Translations under genes and position numbers: made by a program
Assembly: GCA_049970495.1 (NCBI GenBank)
Contig: JBMFMV010000022.1
Location: 1-25,965, forward strand
Source: a bacterium
Lineage (GTDB): Bacteria; DUMJ01
DNA length: 25,965 nucleotides
Direction of reading: 5' to 3'
The notes under the pieces: model-generated
The model's database searches: none
What the model was told of the DNA's origin: nothing
The model's input: only the letters and a program-made list of their open reading frames with translations
Shown: positions 1-8,605 of the stretch, one piece after another
Position numbering within the stretch: the stretch's first letter is position 1
Layout of the letters: every line of letters starts with the position of its first letter

Positions 1-2
1 CT

Positions 3-1844
3 ACCGGAAGAAAGATAGTTAAATATAGTGAATCACCTATGCTAATAGAGTTAGTCAAAGCTAAGAAACTACCACCTGTAGAGGAAAGACTTCCTAAAAA
101 TCCAGTAGTGGTACAACCTTTAGAAGAGGTTGGCCAGTATGGAGGAACATGGTATATAGCAGTAACTGGAAGACACTATGCCCTTTTGTCATACCTTGGA
201 GGCCGTATAGCAGATATGGATCTCTTTCAGTACGACTTCAGTGGCACTAGACTCCTTCCCAATCTAGTAGATAAGTGGAAAGTTTCTAGAGATGCCAAGA
301 CTTATACTATCCACTTTAGAGAGGGGCTGAAATGGTCTGATGGGGAACCTTTTACTACAGATGATATCATGTTCTGGTATAAAGAGATCTTAACTAACAA
401 AGAACTTTCTCCAACGCTACCAGGCTGGATGAGAATGGGAGATAAAGTAGTAGAGATAAATCAGATAGATAAGTATACGATAGAGTTCAAATTACCAAGT
501 CCTAATGGAGTATTCCTATACAATATTCAGGGCTCATTCCCACTCTTCCCTAAACACTACCTAAAACAGTTCCACCCTAACTATACCCCCATAGATAAAC
601 TGACTGATATGGCCAAAAAAGCAGGATTTGAAACATGGTACCAATATTTTTGGGATAGAGCCAACGGCACTTACTATACAAATCCTGACTGCCCGATTCT
701 TAGAATGTGGAAGGTAGTCTCTATCACACCTAGTAGAGTAGTTGCGGAGAGAAATCCTTATTATTGGAAAATAGACATTGAAGGTAATCAGTTACCCTAT
801 ATAGATAAGGTAGTGATAGACATAGTTTCTAATGCCGAAGTGGTAAAGATGAAAGCCATGTCAGGAGAACTTTCGCTACAGACATTTCACTTTTCCTTAG
901 CTGATTATCCTCTTCTAAAAGAGGGGGAGAAGAAGGGTGGTTATCGGGTAATGCTCTGGCCTTCCACAGGAGCTGATGCTGTCCTTATGATAAATCACAC
1001 CTATAATGAAGACCCTGTTATAGCTAAACTCTTAAATGATGTAAGATTTAAGAGAGCCTTATCTCTAGCTATAAATAGAGAAGAGATCAACCAGTTATAC
1101 GCCTTAGGATTGGCTAGAGCAATTCAATACTCTCCGTCAACGACAGACCCAGTATATGAGAAAAGATACTCAGAAGCCTATTCGAAGTTTGATCCTGCTT
1201 CTGCAAATAAACTCTTAGACTCTATAGGTCTAAACAAAAGGGACAAGGATGGATATAGGTTACGTCCTGATGGGAAGAGACTTACTCTGTCTATCCTAGT
1301 AGCTACAGACTGGCCTATGCATTCAGATATTTGTGAGATGTTAAGAAAATACTGGAAAGATATAGGGATAGATCTAACAATACAACCAACAAGCTTTGAG
1401 CTAAGAAGTCAGAGGGTAGCTGCTAATGCGCACCAGATTGTCATTTGGAAGATTGATGTCTTGTTCTATCCACATTATATAAACCTAGCTCGTGGTGCTA
1501 TGAGTGCGTTTAGCGAAGGACCAGACGCTGTTGGTCCATTATGGAGAGATTGGGAACTCTCCGGTGGTAAGAGCGGAGTAAAACCACCTGATGATTGGTT
1601 CAAGGTAAAGGGATACCTAGAGAAGGCAGCTGCATCTCCTAGTGAGAGAGAAAGAATACTCTATGCAAAGAAGATGTGGGATTTATATACTAAGAATCTT
1701 TGGAGTATTGGTATTTTACAGCAGTTACCGATCCCTATAGTAGTTAAGGATAACTTCCGTAATGTACCGGATAAGCTTCCAAATAGTTGGACTATAAGGA
1801 CGCCAGTTAATGGATCAGTAGAACAGTTCTTTATAAAGCAATAG
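3..1844 (+). CDS. ABC transporter solute-binding protein, family 5 (DppA/OppA-like, probably oligosaccharide-binding); 5'-truncated by window edge
   Basis: The frame is open from nt 3 (TGRKIVKYSESP before the M at 39). Motifs LPPVEERLP, GQYGG, REGLKWSDGEPFTTDD, ERNPYYWK..GNQLPYID and RFKRALSLAINREEI are typical of family-5 SBPs of the sugar-binding type seen in Thermotoga-like organisms. The signal peptide would lie upstream of the window. Confidence 0.9.
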   Translation, partial: TGRKIVKYSESPMLIELVKAKKLPPVEERLPKNPVVVQPLEEVGQYGGTWYIAVTGRHYALLSYLGGRIADMDLFQYDFSGTRLLPNLVDKWKVSRDAKTYTIHFREGLKWSDGEPFTTDDIMFWYKEILTNKELSPTLPGWMRMGDKVVEINQIDKYTIEFKLPSPNGVFLYNIQGSFPLFPKHYLKQFHPNYTPIDKLTDMAKKAGFETWYQYFWDRANGTYYTNPDCPILRMWKVVSITPSRVVAERNPYYWKIDIEGNQLPYIDKVVIDIVSNAEVVKMKAMSGELSLQTFHFSLADYPLLKEGEKKGGYRVMLWPSTGADAVLMINHTYNEDPVIAKLLNDVRFKRALSLAINREEINQLYALGLARAIQYSPSTTDPVYEKRYSEAYSKFDPASANKLLDSIGLNKRDKDGYRLRPDGKRLTLSILVATDWPMHSDICEMLRKYWKDIGIDLTIQPTSFELRSQRVAANAHQIVIWKIDVLFYPHYINLARGAMSAFSEGPDAVGPLWRDWELSGGKSGVKPPDDWFKVKGYLEKAAASPSERERILYAKKMWDLYTKNLWSIGILQQLPIPIVVKDNFRNVPDKLPNSWTIRTPVNGSVEQFFIKQ

Positions 1845-1846
1845 TA

Positions 1847-1890
1847 AACAAAGGGGTGATGTATGATTCATCATACGTCACCCCTTTGTT
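1847..1890 (+). terminator. 20-bp stem-loop after the SBP gene (partial terminator or mRNA-stabilising hairpin)
   Basis: AACAAAGGGGTGATGTATGA (1847-1866), loop TTCA, TCATACGTCACCCCTTTGTT (1871-1890): 19 Watson-Crick pairs and 1 U.G pair, running into an interrupted T-rich tract. Confidence 0.75.
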
Positions 1891-1911
1891 GTTCTCTGAT
1901 AGGAGGTTATG

Positions 1912-3027
1912 ATGCGTGTTCTTTCTAGTAGAGAAAGATTAATTAGATTATTTGAAAAGAAAGATATAGATAGGGTTCCTATATGGCTACTCTTTCCATA
2001 TCACCCCATAGGATGCTATGTAGACGTCTACAAAATTCTTTGTTATAAACCTGTATTAGAAGCAGTTGAAAGATATGGAATAGATATATTTGATAGGAGA
2101 AACTTTGATACTGGATTCTGTTTCTCTGTGTCTTCTAAGATAGAAAGAAATAGAGAAATTATAGAGAAAAAAGATAAGATAATTATAAAAGATAGGGTTA
2201 GATATAAAAATATAGTATTGGAACAGGAAAAGATAATAAAAGATAGGAGAAGTATAATTAGTAAGCCCTTTATCGAAGAAATAGACGACCTTGAAAAGGT
2301 TCTTGAGCTCCCCTACGAACCTCCTCGACCTGATATACATAGATTTTTCAAAGAGGCAGAAGAATTGGGGGATAAAGGACTGATGATGGTAGATATTGGC
2401 GATCCTCTAGGGGTATTATTTCACCTATGCAGTATAGAACAATTTTGTATCTGGACTCTAGAAAAGAGGGAAAAACTCATTTCTTTCTTAGATGTAATCT
2501 ATGGAAGAGTACTAGATATGTATAGATATCTTTTAAAAAATGGAATTGGTCCTGTCTATTTTATAATTGGAGCAGAGTTCGCTGGTCCTCCAATAGTTTC
2601 TCCTACTTACTTTAATGAACTTTGTGCAAGATATGTAAAGGGAATTGTTGACCTTATAAGAAGCTATAATATGTGGTCTATAGTTCACTATCATGGAAAT
2701 CTCAAGAAGATATTAGATGGGATAAGATATATAAATCCTGACGGGCTGCATACCGTAGAGGCACCACCAGTTGGAGATTGTACTCTCCTTGAAGCTAGAA
2801 AGGTTCTAGGAGATATGATTCTTATAGGAAATATACAGTACGATGACTTAGCCAGTTTAGAAGAATCTGAAATTAGAGATTTAACAAAAAGGACCTTAGA
2901 AGAAGGTATGACAGGTAGATTTATACTTTCTCCTACTGCAGGACCATATCAAGAGTGTATAAGTGAAAAGATGCAGAGGAATTATATTGCCTTTATTGAA
3001 ACCGGAGTGGAATTCGGAAAATTCTAA
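1912..3027 (+). CDS. Uroporphyrinogen decarboxylase (URO-D/MtaA-like) superfamily protein
   Basis: N-terminal SRERL..F....IDRVP, middle GAEFAGPPIVSP..F, HYHG, and C-terminal LIGNIQ...RFILSPT. SD AGGAGG at 1901-1906 favours the second ATG (1912) over 1909. Confidence 0.75.
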   Translation: MRVLSSRERLIRLFEKKDIDRVPIWLLFPYHPIGCYVDVYKILCYKPVLEAVERYGIDIFDRRNFDTGFCFSVSSKIERNREIIEKKDKIIIKDRVRYKNIVLEQEKIIKDRRSIISKPFIEEIDDLEKVLELPYEPPRPDIHRFFKEAEELGDKGLMMVDIGDPLGVLFHLCSIEQFCIWTLEKREKLISFLDVIYGRVLDMYRYLLKNGIGPVYFIIGAEFAGPPIVSPTYFNELCARYVKGIVDLIRSYNMWSIVHYHGNLKKILDGIRYINPDGLHTVEAPPVGDCTLLEARKVLGDMILIGNIQYDDLASLEESEIRDLTKRTLEEGMTGRFILSPTAGPYQECISEKMQRNYIAFIETGVEFGKF

Positions 3028-3039
3028 TGGGAGGTATAT

Positions 3040-5169
3040 ATGTATGACTATGATGTAATTGTCATTGGCGGTGGAATAGCTGGGATATGTGCAAGTATAA
3101 GTTCAGCAAGACTTGGATGCAAAGTAGCTCTTATACATAATCGTCCTGTTTTAGGGGGGAATTTTAGTAGTGAAATAAGAGTCCATATATGCGGTGCAGC
3201 CGGCGGTGGCCATATGTTCGCAAGAGAATCAGGTATTGTAGACGAAATAGTCACAGGGACAAGGTTTAGTAGCATATTCGGTAGAAGTGTCTGGCTAGAA
3301 CCCAGTCAGGATATAGTACTTCTAGATTTGGTTAAAAGAGAGCCTAACATAGACTTATATCTGGAGACAGAGGCAAAGGAAGCTATTATGGAAAATCCCT
3401 CTAGAATAAAGGCTATCAGGGTAGAAAATCAAAGGGGTTCATTTATACTCTCTGCTCCAATCTTTATAGACTGTAGCGGAGATGGGGTTATAGCTTATAG
3501 CGCAGGCGCAGAGTATAGAATGGGAAGAGAAGGAAAGGATGAATTTGGCGAATCCTTAGCCCCTGATAATCCAGATAAATATACCCTTGGCAGTTCACTA
3601 ATGTTTACCACAAAAAGACTCGATCATCCGGTAAAGTTTACCCCACCAGAATGGGCTTATAAGTTTGAAGAAAAAGATCTTACCTATAGAAGTCATTCTC
3701 CAAATGAATTAAACTACTGGTGGATTGAATATGGAGGAACCCTAGATACTATAAAGGATAATGAAAAGATTAAGGAGGAACTTACCAAGATACTCCTAGG
3801 CGTCTGGGACCATATAAAGAATAGAGGGAATCACAGGGCAGATAACTATACACTGGACTGGGTAGGACAGGTCGTTGGTAAGAGAGAATCTAGGAGATTT
3901 ATTGGAGATTACATCTTAACACAAAGGGATATAGAAGAAGGTACCTTATTCCCAGATAGGGTAGCTTATGGTGGATGGCCTATAGATTTACATCCTCCAA
4001 AAGGAATATTTGACCCGGGTCCTCCTTGCGAACAGCATCTACTGAAAGATATATATAGTATTCCGTTCAGATGCCTATACTCCAAAAATATAGAAAATTT
4101 AATGTTCGCTGGCAGAAATATAAGTGTAACCCATGTCGCACTAGGCTCTACAAGAGTACAAGGCACCTGTGGTGTATTGGGTCAGGCGGTTGGAACTGCC
4201 AGTTATCTCTGTAAAAAATATGGTATAACACCTAGAGAAGTTTATAAGGAACATATAAAGGAACTCCAACAGCTTCTTTTGAGGGAGGACTGCTATATAA
4301 TAGGGGTTAGGAATGAAGACCCAAACGATATAGCTAGATATAGTAGAGTTACTGCTAGTAGTTCAAAAGCTTTAGGAATTGAAGAGTTTAAGTTTCTATC
4401 TTTAGTTTCTTCTCCTATAGGGCAATCTTTTATTATTACCAATCCAAGAATAGATGATATTTCTTTATATCTATCCTCTGATGAAGAAGTAGAACTCACC
4501 CTTTCTTTATACAAGATTGACTCCCTAAGAGATGTAAAAACAGATAGAACAATTGCTATATCTAAATTATTCTTAAAGAAGACGAGCGATTGGGTCAAGT
4601 TTCATATAGGAAAAGAGGTAGAACCGGGTTTTTATCTCTTTAAACTTGAAGGAAATAAGAGTTTCTATATAGGATTTAATCCCCGCTCTTTTCCAGGAAT
4701 TCAGCGGATTGACTTTCTCTCTGAATTCAAAGTAACTCATGGAGTTTATGCATTTAAAATAAGCCCTTGCTCTTATCCTTATTATCCAGAAAATATAATA
4801 AATGGTATCTCTAGACCTACCTATTATGGACCAAATCTTTGGATATCAGAGAAGGGTCTGCCACAGAGTCTAGCGGTAGACTTTTCACAAAGGAGTATAA
4901 TAAATACAATATGCCTTACATTCGATACTTACCTTGATTCTCCAGAACATTCAAGAGGTGTTCCAGAACCAGAATGTATAAGAGATTATGCAATCTACTA
5001 CAAAATCGATGGAGAATATAGAAAATTCCTAAGTATAACAGATAACTATTATAGGAGAAGGATACATAAGTTCGAAGATATAGAATGTGATGGGATATCT
5101 ATAGAAGTACTAGCTACAAATGGAGACCCATATGCTAGAATATTTGAGGTAAGGATATATAGACTCTAG
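3040..5169 (+). CDS. FAD-dependent oxidoreductase (FAD_oxidored/PF12831-like) with C-terminal galactose-binding/discoidin-like region
   Basis: GGGIAG Rossmann motif, LGGNFSSE, FIDCSGDG, GKRESRRFIGDY, YSIPFRCLYSKNIENLMFAGRNIS. The C-terminus (VTASS...PENIING...LWIS..LPQSLAVDF...ARIFEVRIY) resembles F5/8C-type domains. SD GGAGG upstream. Confidence 0.85.
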   Translation: MYDYDVIVIGGGIAGICASISSARLGCKVALIHNRPVLGGNFSSEIRVHICGAAGGGHMFARESGIVDEIVTGTRFSSIFGRSVWLEPSQDIVLLDLVKREPNIDLYLETEAKEAIMENPSRIKAIRVENQRGSFILSAPIFIDCSGDGVIAYSAGAEYRMGREGKDEFGESLAPDNPDKYTLGSSLMFTTKRLDHPVKFTPPEWAYKFEEKDLTYRSHSPNELNYWWIEYGGTLDTIKDNEKIKEELTKILLGVWDHIKNRGNHRADNYTLDWVGQVVGKRESRRFIGDYILTQRDIEEGTLFPDRVAYGGWPIDLHPPKGIFDPGPPCEQHLLKDIYSIPFRCLYSKNIENLMFAGRNISVTHVALGSTRVQGTCGVLGQAVGTASYLCKKYGITPREVYKEHIKELQQLLLREDCYIIGVRNEDPNDIARYSRVTASSSKALGIEEFKFLSLVSSPIGQSFIITNPRIDDISLYLSSDEEVELTLSLYKIDSLRDVKTDRTIAISKLFLKKTSDWVKFHIGKEVEPGFYLFKLEGNKSFYIGFNPRSFPGIQRIDFLSEFKVTHGVYAFKISPCSYPYYPENIINGISRPTYYGPNLWISEKGLPQSLAVDFSQRSIINTICLTFDTYLDSPEHSRGVPEPECIRDYAIYYKIDGEYRKFLSITDNYYRRRIHKFEDIECDGISIEVLATNGDPYARIFEVRIYRL

Positions 5170-6173
5170 TGTATCCTTACCTCTTTTCCCTCCTCTATTG
5201 ATCTGTGTATACCTTCTACTATCCTAGTAGCCTCTAGACCGTCCTCTAGGGTTGCTATTATTGGGCTATTGTTCTCTATGGCATCTATAAATGAGTCTAG
5301 CATCCATATAGGCGCTCCAGTAAGCCTATTATGTATATCAGCCCAAAGTGTAGGCATACCTGCAAAATAGTACTTCTCACTTGCATTAGTTATTACAGAA
5401 TTTGTAAAATCTATATTGGAATATCCTTTTTCTCCATAGATCTCAAACTTAAACTGTGCTACATATGGGATACTTTCAGGTAGAATCCAAGATGAAAAGA
5501 TATGCGCTATACTTCCGTCTTCAAATCTTAAGCTGGCATCTATCATATCATATGTATCTATCCCCCTCTTTTTTAGGACATTCTTTATCCCTCTAGCATC
5601 TACAGATTTTACTCTCTTTTTGGTAAGCCAGAGAGCCATATCTACACAGTGGCTCATCAAAAACCATCCCGGAGAGGACTTAGCTGCCCAACTTATCATC
5701 TGTGTTGGAACATAGATAGAATCATTTAAGGTTACTCTAATCCCATAGATATCCCCAAACTCTCCACTGTTTATCGACTCCCTAACCATAACAAACGGGG
5801 CATTCCATCTATTCTCAAATGCCACTTGTGCTTTTATATTCTTTTTCTTAGCGTTCTCCACTATCTTTTCTGCTTCTTCCACATTCATAGTTAACGGCTT
5901 TTCAATCATTACATGAAAGCCTCTTTCTATGGCTAACAAAGTAGGCTCGGTATGTGCAAAATCAGGTGTTGCTATTATAACGGCATCTAGATCTTTATCT
6001 AAGAGTTCTTTATAATCTTGTGTGCCCTTAATACCAAAAAATTCTTCTGCCTCCTTAAGAGTCTTAGGATTAATCTCTGCAAACCCAACTAGCTGAGAGT
6101 TAGGATTTTGTAGAACTGCCCTTCCATATAATCTACCTCTTATACCCATCCCAATAATTCCTACTCGAACCAT
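5166..6173 (-). CDS. Gfo/Idh/MocA family NAD(P)-dependent oxidoreductase (sugar/inositol dehydrogenase-like)
   Basis: RVGIIGMG, DAVIIATPDFAH, HVMIEKP, RWNAPF, SH..D motifs. SD GAGGTG at 6185-6180 lies 6 nt from the ATG at 6173, a better start than the GTG at 6182. The stop overlaps the convergent gene's stop (CTAG 5166-5169). Confidence 0.9.
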   Translation of the reverse strand: MVRVGIIGMGIRGRLYGRAVLQNPNSQLVGFAEINPKTLKEAEEFFGIKGTQDYKELLDKDLDAVIIATPDFAHTEPTLLAIERGFHVMIEKPLTMNVEEAEKIVENAKKKNIKAQVAFENRWNAPFVMVRESINSGEFGDIYGIRVTLNDSIYVPTQMISWAAKSSPGWFLMSHCVDMALWLTKKRVKSVDARGIKNVLKKRGIDTYDMIDASLRFEDGSIAHIFSSWILPESIPYVAQFKFEIYGEKGYSNIDFTNSVITNASEKYYFAGMPTLWADIHNRLTGAPIWMLDSFIDAIENNSPIIATLEDGLEATRIVEGIHRSIEEGKEVRIH

Positions 6174-6206
6174 AATGCTCACCTCATTTTAAAAGACTCT
6201 AGAAAT

Positions 6207-6215
6207 ATTATATCA
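6207..6215 (-). promoter_or_regulatory. Extended -10 promoter element for the Gfo/Idh/MocA gene
   Basis: Minus-strand TGATATAAT (TGn plus perfect TATAAT) about 34 nt upstream of the start. No convincing -35. Confidence 0.55.
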
Positions 6216-6227
6216 TTTTCTCTATAT

Positions 6228-7292
6228 CTATATCTCGAACTTTGTCCAATACACATCTGAAAGAATTGTATATTTTCTAACCATCTCTTTTACTTCGTTA
6301 TTAGCAATGTAGGATTCTTTCCTTTCAAAGGAGTATATTACCTGAATAAGTATCTCATTTTCTCCTGAAGTAAGGTTTCCTTTAATAAATTCCCCGAGTT
6401 CATCTAACTTTATCACTTTTTTATCTATTTCTTCATCAACATTTGCAATAATATTAAACTCTCCCACGATATCTATACCAGGCAACTGATAATCACTTAT
6501 AAAAGAAAGCTTAACCTGATTTCCTGGTCCGAGTGTATATTCACCTATCGAAAACTCCTCGGTAGGTAGCATCTGTAAATAAAAACTCTTACCATCATTC
6601 TTCCTAACCATCTTTACCTTGACTAAAGATCCACTTAGCTCTTTAGCATCACCATAAAGAATAGGATAGGCATTCCCTACGTTCTCTATCAATACTGAAG
6701 CCTTAATCTTTCTCTTATAATAAGGATTATTCTCATAGCCTAAGAATTCAATCTTTACATCTTTAATTGCAAGATCAGCTATTCTAGGCTTCCAGAAGAA
6801 ATCACCTTCATAGGAAAATCTAGAATATTCTTGTCCTTCTTCTTCCTTGATATACGCATATACTTTTATCTTGTTTAATCCGTTAATGATTAAACTTCCC
6901 TCATCTATTTTAGTAAGAATCTCTTTCTCAGAAGTCCTATATACTAGATCTATACTTTGTCCCGGCATAATAGAAGAATCTCCTAAGGGTCTTTCTAAGA
7001 TCAGCCTAGGAATCCATGCCCTATTACGATTATTAAAAACTACTAACTCTATTTTATAGTTGTTAATAGTCATAGTCCTATCGCTATTATTCTTTAGCCG
7101 TATAGAAAATCTTGTAGGGATCTCATCAGATACGGTAACCTTTTCAATGATAACTTTATATAGAGACTGAATAGGAGATTTTGGTAATTTAGACTCTAGT
7201 TGAATTTGTGAAAAGGCTGAGTCAAAACTAATAACTAATATAGACAAAATAAAAATTGATATCATAATCTTTTTTATCTGAGAAACCTCCAT
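6228..7292 (-). CDS. Secreted hypothetical protein, probably two Ig-like domains (second CARDB-like)
   Basis: KK plus hydrophobic stretch plus SAFS signal peptide. ADLAIKDVK..IKASVLIENVGNA..VDE..E..ANN pattern resembles CARDB; the first half has RFSIRLKNNS..IMPGQS, typical of beta-sandwich domains. Start codon uncertain. Confidence 0.6.
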   Translation of the reverse strand: MEVSQIKKIMISIFILSILVISFDSAFSQIQLESKLPKSPIQSLYKVIIEKVTVSDEIPTRFSIRLKNNSDRTMTINNYKIELVVFNNRNRAWIPRLILERPLGDSSIMPGQSIDLVYRTSEKEILTKIDEGSLIINGLNKIKVYAYIKEEEGQEYSRFSYEGDFFWKPRIADLAIKDVKIEFLGYENNPYYKRKIKASVLIENVGNAYPILYGDAKELSGSLVKVKMVRKNDGKSFYLQMLPTEEFSIGEYTLGPGNQVKLSFISDYQLPGIDIVGEFNIIANVDEEIDKKVIKLDELGEFIKGNLTSGENEILIQVIYSFERKESYIANNEVKEMVRKYTILSDVYWTKFEI

Positions 7293-7358
7293 ATCTAAAG
7301 TTTTTAATCTTATCAGAAACTTTTAACTATTCCTCCCTAAAAAATATCCTTTTTAGAA

Positions 7359-7388
7359 GTTATACAATAAGTTCGGTAAGCACTTCAA
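7359..7388 (-). promoter_or_regulatory. Putative sigma70-type promoter for the secreted protein
   Basis: Minus-strand TTGAAG (7388-7383), 18 nt, TATAAC (7364-7359). Confidence 0.35.
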
Positions 7389-7411
7389 GATTAATTTGTT
7401 TATGCTATAAT
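7384..7411 (+). promoter_or_regulatory. Putative sigma70-type promoter (extended -10) for the ATPase-hsp20-lon-tkt operon
   Basis: TGCTATAAT at 7403-7411 (TGn plus perfect TATAAT); weak -35 TTCAAG at 7384-7389. Confidence 0.6.
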
Positions 7412-7447
7412 TAAAATGTATTCTAGATTATTCTGAGGCTTTTAAAG

Positions 7448-8605
7448 ATGTCTAGTATAAGATTAGAAAAAGTTAGTAAGGTCTTTAGGTCAGATGTAGG
7501 TCCTTTTAGAGGAGAAAGACTTGTCAAACTAGAAAGCGGAGGCCTTTTATCTACTGATGCCCCAATAACCGCTTTAGATGAAGTTAGTATTGAAGTTCAA
7601 CAGGGAGAAGTTTTATCTATTCTAGGACCATCGGGTTGTGGTAAAAGTACTCTTTTAAGGGTTATTGCAGGTCTAATAGAACCTGATTCAGGTCATATCT
7701 ATTTTGATGATAGGTGCGTTGATGATATGTCTCCTAGACATAGGAGGGTTGGATTTGTCTTTCAAAATTATGCACTATACCCCCATATGACATCTAAGGG
7801 GAACATCATATTTAATCTCCTACTGCGTAGATTTTCTGATAAAGAGATAGAAGAAAGGGTAAGATATACTTCAAATATCTTAGGAATAGGCTTTGAAGCC
7901 TTACTTTCCAGGAAACCTGGAACACTCTCTAGCGGCCAGAAACAGCGAGTTGCCTTAGGAAGATGTATAATAAGGAATCCATCCGTATTTCTCTTAGATG
8001 AACCTCTATCTGACCTAGATGCAAAGCTTCGGGAGACTACAAGGATAGAGCTTAAAAGGTTACTTAGGCACTTTGGCATAACTACTGTGTATGTTACTCA
8101 TGATCAGAAAGAGGCAATATCCTTAGGCCATAGATTGGCTATAATGAGGCAGGGGAAAATAATACAGGAGGGAACATTTGAAGAGATATACAATAATCCT
8201 AGGAATGTATTTGTTGCTAGCTTTTTGGGTACTCCTCCTTTAAATATTATAAAAGGAAAAGTGATTGATAATATATTCTATGGAGGAGGAATAAGGTTTC
8301 CTACACAGGGTCTATTAGGAGAGATTATAGGAGGTATAAAGGTAGAGGATATAATAGAAGGGGGTGATTTCAGGGGGATAGTGGAGGTTAGTGAACCAAA
8401 CCCTTCCGAGAAGTCACAAGTAGTAACTGTCAGGGTCAAAGAGAATGTTCGTATCAAGCTTAGGCGAAGTCTGGATTATATACTAGAAGCTGGAGAGGTA
8501 GTTAGTTTTTCTGTAAAGAGGATGTATTTCTTTGACCCTATTACTGAACTACTAGTAAAAGTTATAGAAAATAAGGAGGCGGTAACAAATGAGTATAATG
8601 CGTAG
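7448..8605 (+). CDS. ABC transporter ATP-binding protein, MalK/MsmX/UgpC type
   Basis: Walker A GPSGCGKST, Q-loop FQNYALYPH, signature LSSGQKQR, Walker B LLDEP, H-loop YVTHDQ, P.N.FVASFLG, and a C-terminal region consistent with a TOBE/OB domain. Confidence 0.92.
   Translation: MSSIRLEKVSKVFRSDVGPFRGERLVKLESGGLLSTDAPITALDEVSIEVQQGEVLSILGPSGCGKSTLLRVIAGLIEPDSGHIYFDDRCVDDMSPRHRRVGFVFQNYALYPHMTSKGNIIFNLLLRRFSDKEIEERVRYTSNILGIGFEALLSRKPGTLSSGQKQRVALGRCIIRNPSVFLLDEPLSDLDAKLRETTRIELKRLLRHFGITTVYVTHDQKEAISLGHRLAIMRQGKIIQEGTFEEIYNNPRNVFVASFLGTPPLNIIKGKVIDNIFYGGGIRFPTQGLLGEIIGGIKVEDIIEGGDFRGIVEVSEPNPSEKSQVVTVRVKENVRIKLRRSLDYILEAGEVVSFSVKRMYFFDPITELLVKVIENKEAVTNEYNA

Noticed and set aside
1912..3027. 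Calling this gene hemE
   Set aside because: Lacks the HemE W.MRQAGR motif and has no tetrapyrrole gene context.
7377..7403. TAAGCACTT resembling a CIRCE (HrcA) half-site upstream of the hsp20-lon operon
   Set aside because: Two mismatches to TTAGCACTC and no GAGTGCTAA arm 9 nt downstream.
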